From positions 16,120,001 through 16,184,000 of the forward strand of contig CM022679.1 of NCBI GenBank assembly GCA_012295275.1: 64,000 nucleotides of DNA, written 5' to 3'. The notes beneath the pieces were generated by a model. It ran no database searches. It saw nothing but the letters and a program-made list of their open reading frames with translations, and was not told the DNA's origin. This stretch comes from Chrysomallon squamiferum. Lineage: Eukaryota > Animalia > Mollusca. Below are positions 61,003 to 64,000 of the stretch, in pieces. The translations under genes and the position numbers were made by a program. Position 1 is the stretch's first letter. Each line of letters begins with the position of its first letter.

Positions 61003-63948
61003 ATGTATATGTATCTTTATCTATGTCCACACACACACACACACACTCACACAGACACACACACACACGCAACTTCAAATATATGAGTATATAATCAAAA
61101 TATACAAGAATATATATATGCACACAAGTATATGGGTATGTACCACAAATACATTAATGGAAAAACTATATACATATAAACAGATTCATGTTTTCATATA
61201 CATATTTACAAATTATTTATTTTATGTACTTGATCTGCTATCAAAAAAGTTAATGTTATTTTTCATAGTAAATGCAAAATATATTATAAAATGTTCCAGA
61301 TATAATAAATAATATAGAATCATGTAAAGCTGAATAAGTGCAATGCACAAGCAGTGACTATATATTAATGACATAATAGGCTATTGAATATTCAGAAAAT
61401 AACTCTAGATGTTCTTACAGTTCTTCTGGGGTTTTTTTTAAATTATTAAATTTCTTTGAACTGTAATAACCAAATGTCATGTTACTTACAATTAGGATTC
61501 TTAATACTTAATTATGAAAAGATATAAAATATTCACAAACTGTCTGACAAAAAAAAATTAATTAAAAGACCTTTCAGGTCTTAAAAACAGACAATACAGC
61601 ACATACCACCATCTTTGAAGTACAAATGAAACGCATCTATATTTCTTGAGCCAGATCAAATTAAACTGCATCAATTATTCAGTGTTTGAAATATAAACAC
61701 ATGCACTGTCCTGTTACTATAAAAACAACATCTTACCACAAGTTTTTGCTTTCTGAAGATGGGTGTGTCGTAATCGAGGTAAGAAGTATTGTATATAATA
61801 AGCTGTACTGCTGTGTTACCCAAGATTTCTCTGTCAGGAGACACTCGGAATGCTGGGAAGGTCTGCTGCTGGATTGCCAGTGTGTATTTTGCATTTGAAG
61901 CCTGAAATAGATAACAGTTACTTAGACAGAGAGGCAGACATATGTTGACAAGATAGATTGATGAGATAGACCAATGAGATAGACTGTTGAGATAGACCAA
62001 TGAGATAGATTGATGAGATAGGTTGATGAGATAGACTGATGAGATAGACCAATGAGATAGACTGTTGAGATAGACCGATGAGAGAGACTGATGAGATAGA
62101 CTGATGAGAGAGACTCATGAGATAGATTGATGAGAAAGACTCATGAGATAGATTGATGAGATAGACCAATGAGATAGACCGATGAGATAGACCAATGAGA
62201 TAGACCAATGAGGTAGACCAATGAGGTAGACCAATGAGATAGATTGATGAGATTGATGAGATAGACTGATGAGATAGATTGATGAGATTGATGAGATAGA
62301 CCGATGCGATAGATTGATGAGATAGACTGATGAGATAGACCCATGAGATAGATTGATGAGGTGGATTGATGAGATAGACCGATGAGGTAGACCGATGAGG
62401 TAGATTGATGATAGATTGATGAGATAGACTAATGATGTAGATTGATGGGATAGATTGATGAGATAGATTGATGAAGTAGACCGAAGATAGATTGATGAGA
62501 TAGACTGATGAGGTAGACCGATGAGGTAGACCGATGAGGTAGATTGATGAGATAGATTGATGAGGTAGACCAATGAAGTATACCAATGAGATAGATTCAT
62601 GAGATAGATTGATGATGTAGATTGATGGGATAGATTGATGAGATAGACTGATGAGGTAGTCTGATGAGATAGACTGATGAGATAGATTGATGAGGTAGTC
62701 TGATGAGATAGATTGATGAGATAGACATATGAGATAGACCAATGAGATAGATTGATGAGATAGACAGATGAGATAGACTGATGAGATAGAGTGATGAGAT
62801 AGATTGATGAGATCAATTGATGAGATAGACTGATGAGATAAATTGATGAGATCAATTGATGAGATAGATTGATGAGATAGAGTGATGTTGGACAGATCAG
62901 TGGGTGGATAGATCACTGAATGGATAGATTAACTGATGGACAGTTAGACTGGATGGATGGATGAATGGATAGATAGGTTTGATAGATAGATGGGTGGATC
63001 AATTAACTGACAATTAGAAAGATGAAACAGTGGTGGGGCAAATGAATGAACAGAAAATAGATCTACATATAAGGAAACATGGATAATCATTTATTTCAAT
63101 GAAAACTGAAAATGAATGATATATTATTGTTGAAGATTTTGTTGAAAAGCTTACATCATCTGCATCAGACACTTGTATGTTGAGATCTGGGACCTGTGTG
63201 TTGCCTTTGTTTTGAAGAGTGTCTCTTTCGGTGAGATTGACAGTGTATGAAGGACTGGAAAATGTTGGAATGTTGTCGTTCTTGTCCAGAATGTCAACTG
63301 TAACCACCGAGGTCTGAGTGTCCTGAGTTTCAGAACCATCAGCATTTAACTCCACAGCCTGGAATAACACAGTGTGCTTGAATTAAACGTTTCAAATTCA
63401 AACATACACACACACAGAGACCCACAGAGAATCACACACATGCACTCATACACATACATACACACATACAATATACACACACATATACATACATACATAT
63501 ACACCTATTTACTCACAAACATACATACACACATATATACATATAAACATACATAAATACAAAGATACACACATATACCTACCTACCTACAAATGACCAA
63601 AAATATAATAAACATGTTGCTATAACTTTTATTTCTCTTTTATAAATAATAATTATTATCAATATATTATTATTTCTCATTCTTTACACTCATTATCAGT
63701 GTTATATAATTTATTATAATAGTCATTAAATATATATATTATTATTTCTCATAGTTACAAGTTACAGTTAATATCAATAAGTTAAAGTTGTAAGTATAAG
63801 CACAGTTGTCTTACCTGAATAGTAAACTCATATCTGCCATTGTTTGATTCACGGTCAATCTCGTTGTTGACGTAAAGAGGTGTTTCATAAATAATCGACC
63901 CTTGCCTTTGTTTAACAGCACCTCCAACTCGGAACAGATTGTTTACAT
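42018..63948 (-). CDS. Cad87A: Large non-classical cadherin, Cad87A-like (CDH23/CDHR2-related); 5'-partial, 30 exons in window, ~1478 aa, EC3-EC14 + membrane-adjacent domain + TM + short tail
   Basis: Exons on the minus strand: 63815-63948, 63155-63358, 61737-61901, 60327-60500, 59632-59699, 59122-59365, 58369-58514, 57752-57830, 57333-57405, 56546-56724, 55898-56024, 55252-55400, 54499-54634, 53810-54040, 53089-53249, 52687-52839, 51991-52122, 50963(or 50966)-51131, 50233-50459, 48543-48725, 47862-47978, 47346-47478, 46130-46393, 45331-45629, 44570-44661, 43916-44002, 43364-43490, 42776-42909, 42511-42542, 42018-42037. They form one continuous frame with GT-AG junctions. Repeated DxNDNxP, DxD and LDY/FE/DRE motifs; [30 protein letters not shown] numbering is inferred from alignment to the short paralog; a total of 14 EC would match Drosophila Cad87A. 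The symbol is a family-level inference. Confidence 0.88.
43105..43290 (-). mobile_element. Decayed SINE-like copy, intronic
   Basis: gagagaagaa...cagcaagagatcttttttacatgcactttcccatacacagcatagcaca...gatttgatcc aligns with the 36640-36740 copy. Confidence 0.55.
44075..44235 (-). mobile_element. Decayed SINE-like copy, intronic
   Basis: gagagagaaaactg...tttttcatatacaccttcc...aacgggaaaataac...gatc follows the same block order as the other copies. Confidence 0.45.
46560..46705 (-). mobile_element. Decayed SINE-like copy, intronic
   Basis: tcagcaagg...ttacatgcacctgcccacacacagg...ttgatacca...ggaacgggaaataa...gatc has the same core. Confidence 0.45.
46780..47268. repeat. Long degenerate (AAT/AAC/AGT)n trinucleotide tract, intronic
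   Basis: About 490 bp of AAT-based repeats that generate spurious poly-N, poly-I, poly-L and poly-Y ORFs. Confidence 0.95.
48927..50215. repeat. 24/26-bp minisatellite, ~50 copies, filling most of a cadherin intron
   Basis: Units tgccatacaaacatcatgccatgtt(a/g) (26 bp) and tgccatacaaacaatgccatgtt(a/g) (24 bp). Confidence 0.95.
50694..50780. repeat. 27-bp tandem repeat, ~3 copies
   Basis: ctgcagataacacaatggagatataag repeated. Confidence 0.9.
51738..52014 (-). repeat. Tandem array of 6 copies of an exon 3' end plus 5' splice site (45-54-bp period)
   Basis: gact(t/c)actggaactgttgtaacatgataaac at 51738, 51791, 51836, 51890, 51935 and 51984; on the minus strand this reads GTTTATCATGTTACAACAGTTCCA|GT(A/G)AGTC. 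Confidence 0.92.
52326..52578. repeat. Near-perfect inverted repeat (~85-90-bp arms, ~75-bp loop), intronic
   Basis: cgttaacaataaaatgttttggcaaattgacaaacaactttcatttatttcttcatttgttc... pairs with ...gaacaaatgaagaaataaatgaaagttgtttgtcaatttgccaaaatattttattgttaacg. Confidence 0.9.
60228..60348 (-). repeat. 41-bp tandem triplication spanning an exon end and 5' splice site
   Basis: attatcagtcttacagttattgtcatgatggttgtt x3; cttac (minus-strand GTAAG) at 60240, 60281 and 60322. Confidence 0.9.
60517..60600. repeat. 84-bp perfect spacer-less palindrome
   Basis: aattatatatatgtaaataatgtgttaaaaacagaaatatat|atatatttctgtttttaacacattatttacatatatataatt, centred at 60558/60559. Confidence 0.92.
61950..62890. 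repeat. Degenerate 13-bp minisatellite, ~70 copies, intronic
   Basis: Unit atgagataga(ctg/ttg/cca/ccg) repeated. Confidence 0.92.
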
Positions 63949-64000
63949 CTACAAATACATGCAGATTTCATATCTAAATTCTTTTTAATTATCTTTTTAT

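Noticed and set aside
61918-62916. 332-aa and 246-aa Ser/Ile/Leu-rich ORFs
   Set aside because: They are translations of a 13-bp intronic minisatellite with no codon-phase conservation.

Overview
AT-rich, microsatellite-dense, intron-rich animal DNA, not prokaryotic. The repeat types and cadherin family suggest an invertebrate, possibly a gastropod mollusc (inference). Three spliced genes, all on the minus strand, were reconstructed by hand from GT-AG boundaries with consistent reading phase. (1) A 2-exon RASD/Rhes-type small GTPase (2906-8258, 228 aa). (2) A complete 13-exon short cadherin (24909-37764, 570 aa: signal peptide, 4 EC repeats, TM, ~57-aa tail). (3) The 3' 30 exons of a large Cad87A/CDH23-related cadherin (42018 to beyond 63948, ~1478 aa visible: EC3-EC14, membrane-adjacent domain, TM, ~18-aa tail). 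The two cadherins share intron positions and phases and look like a long/short paralog pair. Other notable items are a tandem array of duplicated 5' splice sites offering an in-frame 82-aa Cys-rich insertion, an RRKR furin-type site in EC13, an 84-bp perfect palindrome next to a splice acceptor, a 1.1-kb element with long terminal inverted repeats, decayed SINE copies and many minisatellites. No CRISPR, rRNA or tRNA genes are supported. Coordinates were counted by eye and family calls rest on motif recognition, not on database searches.
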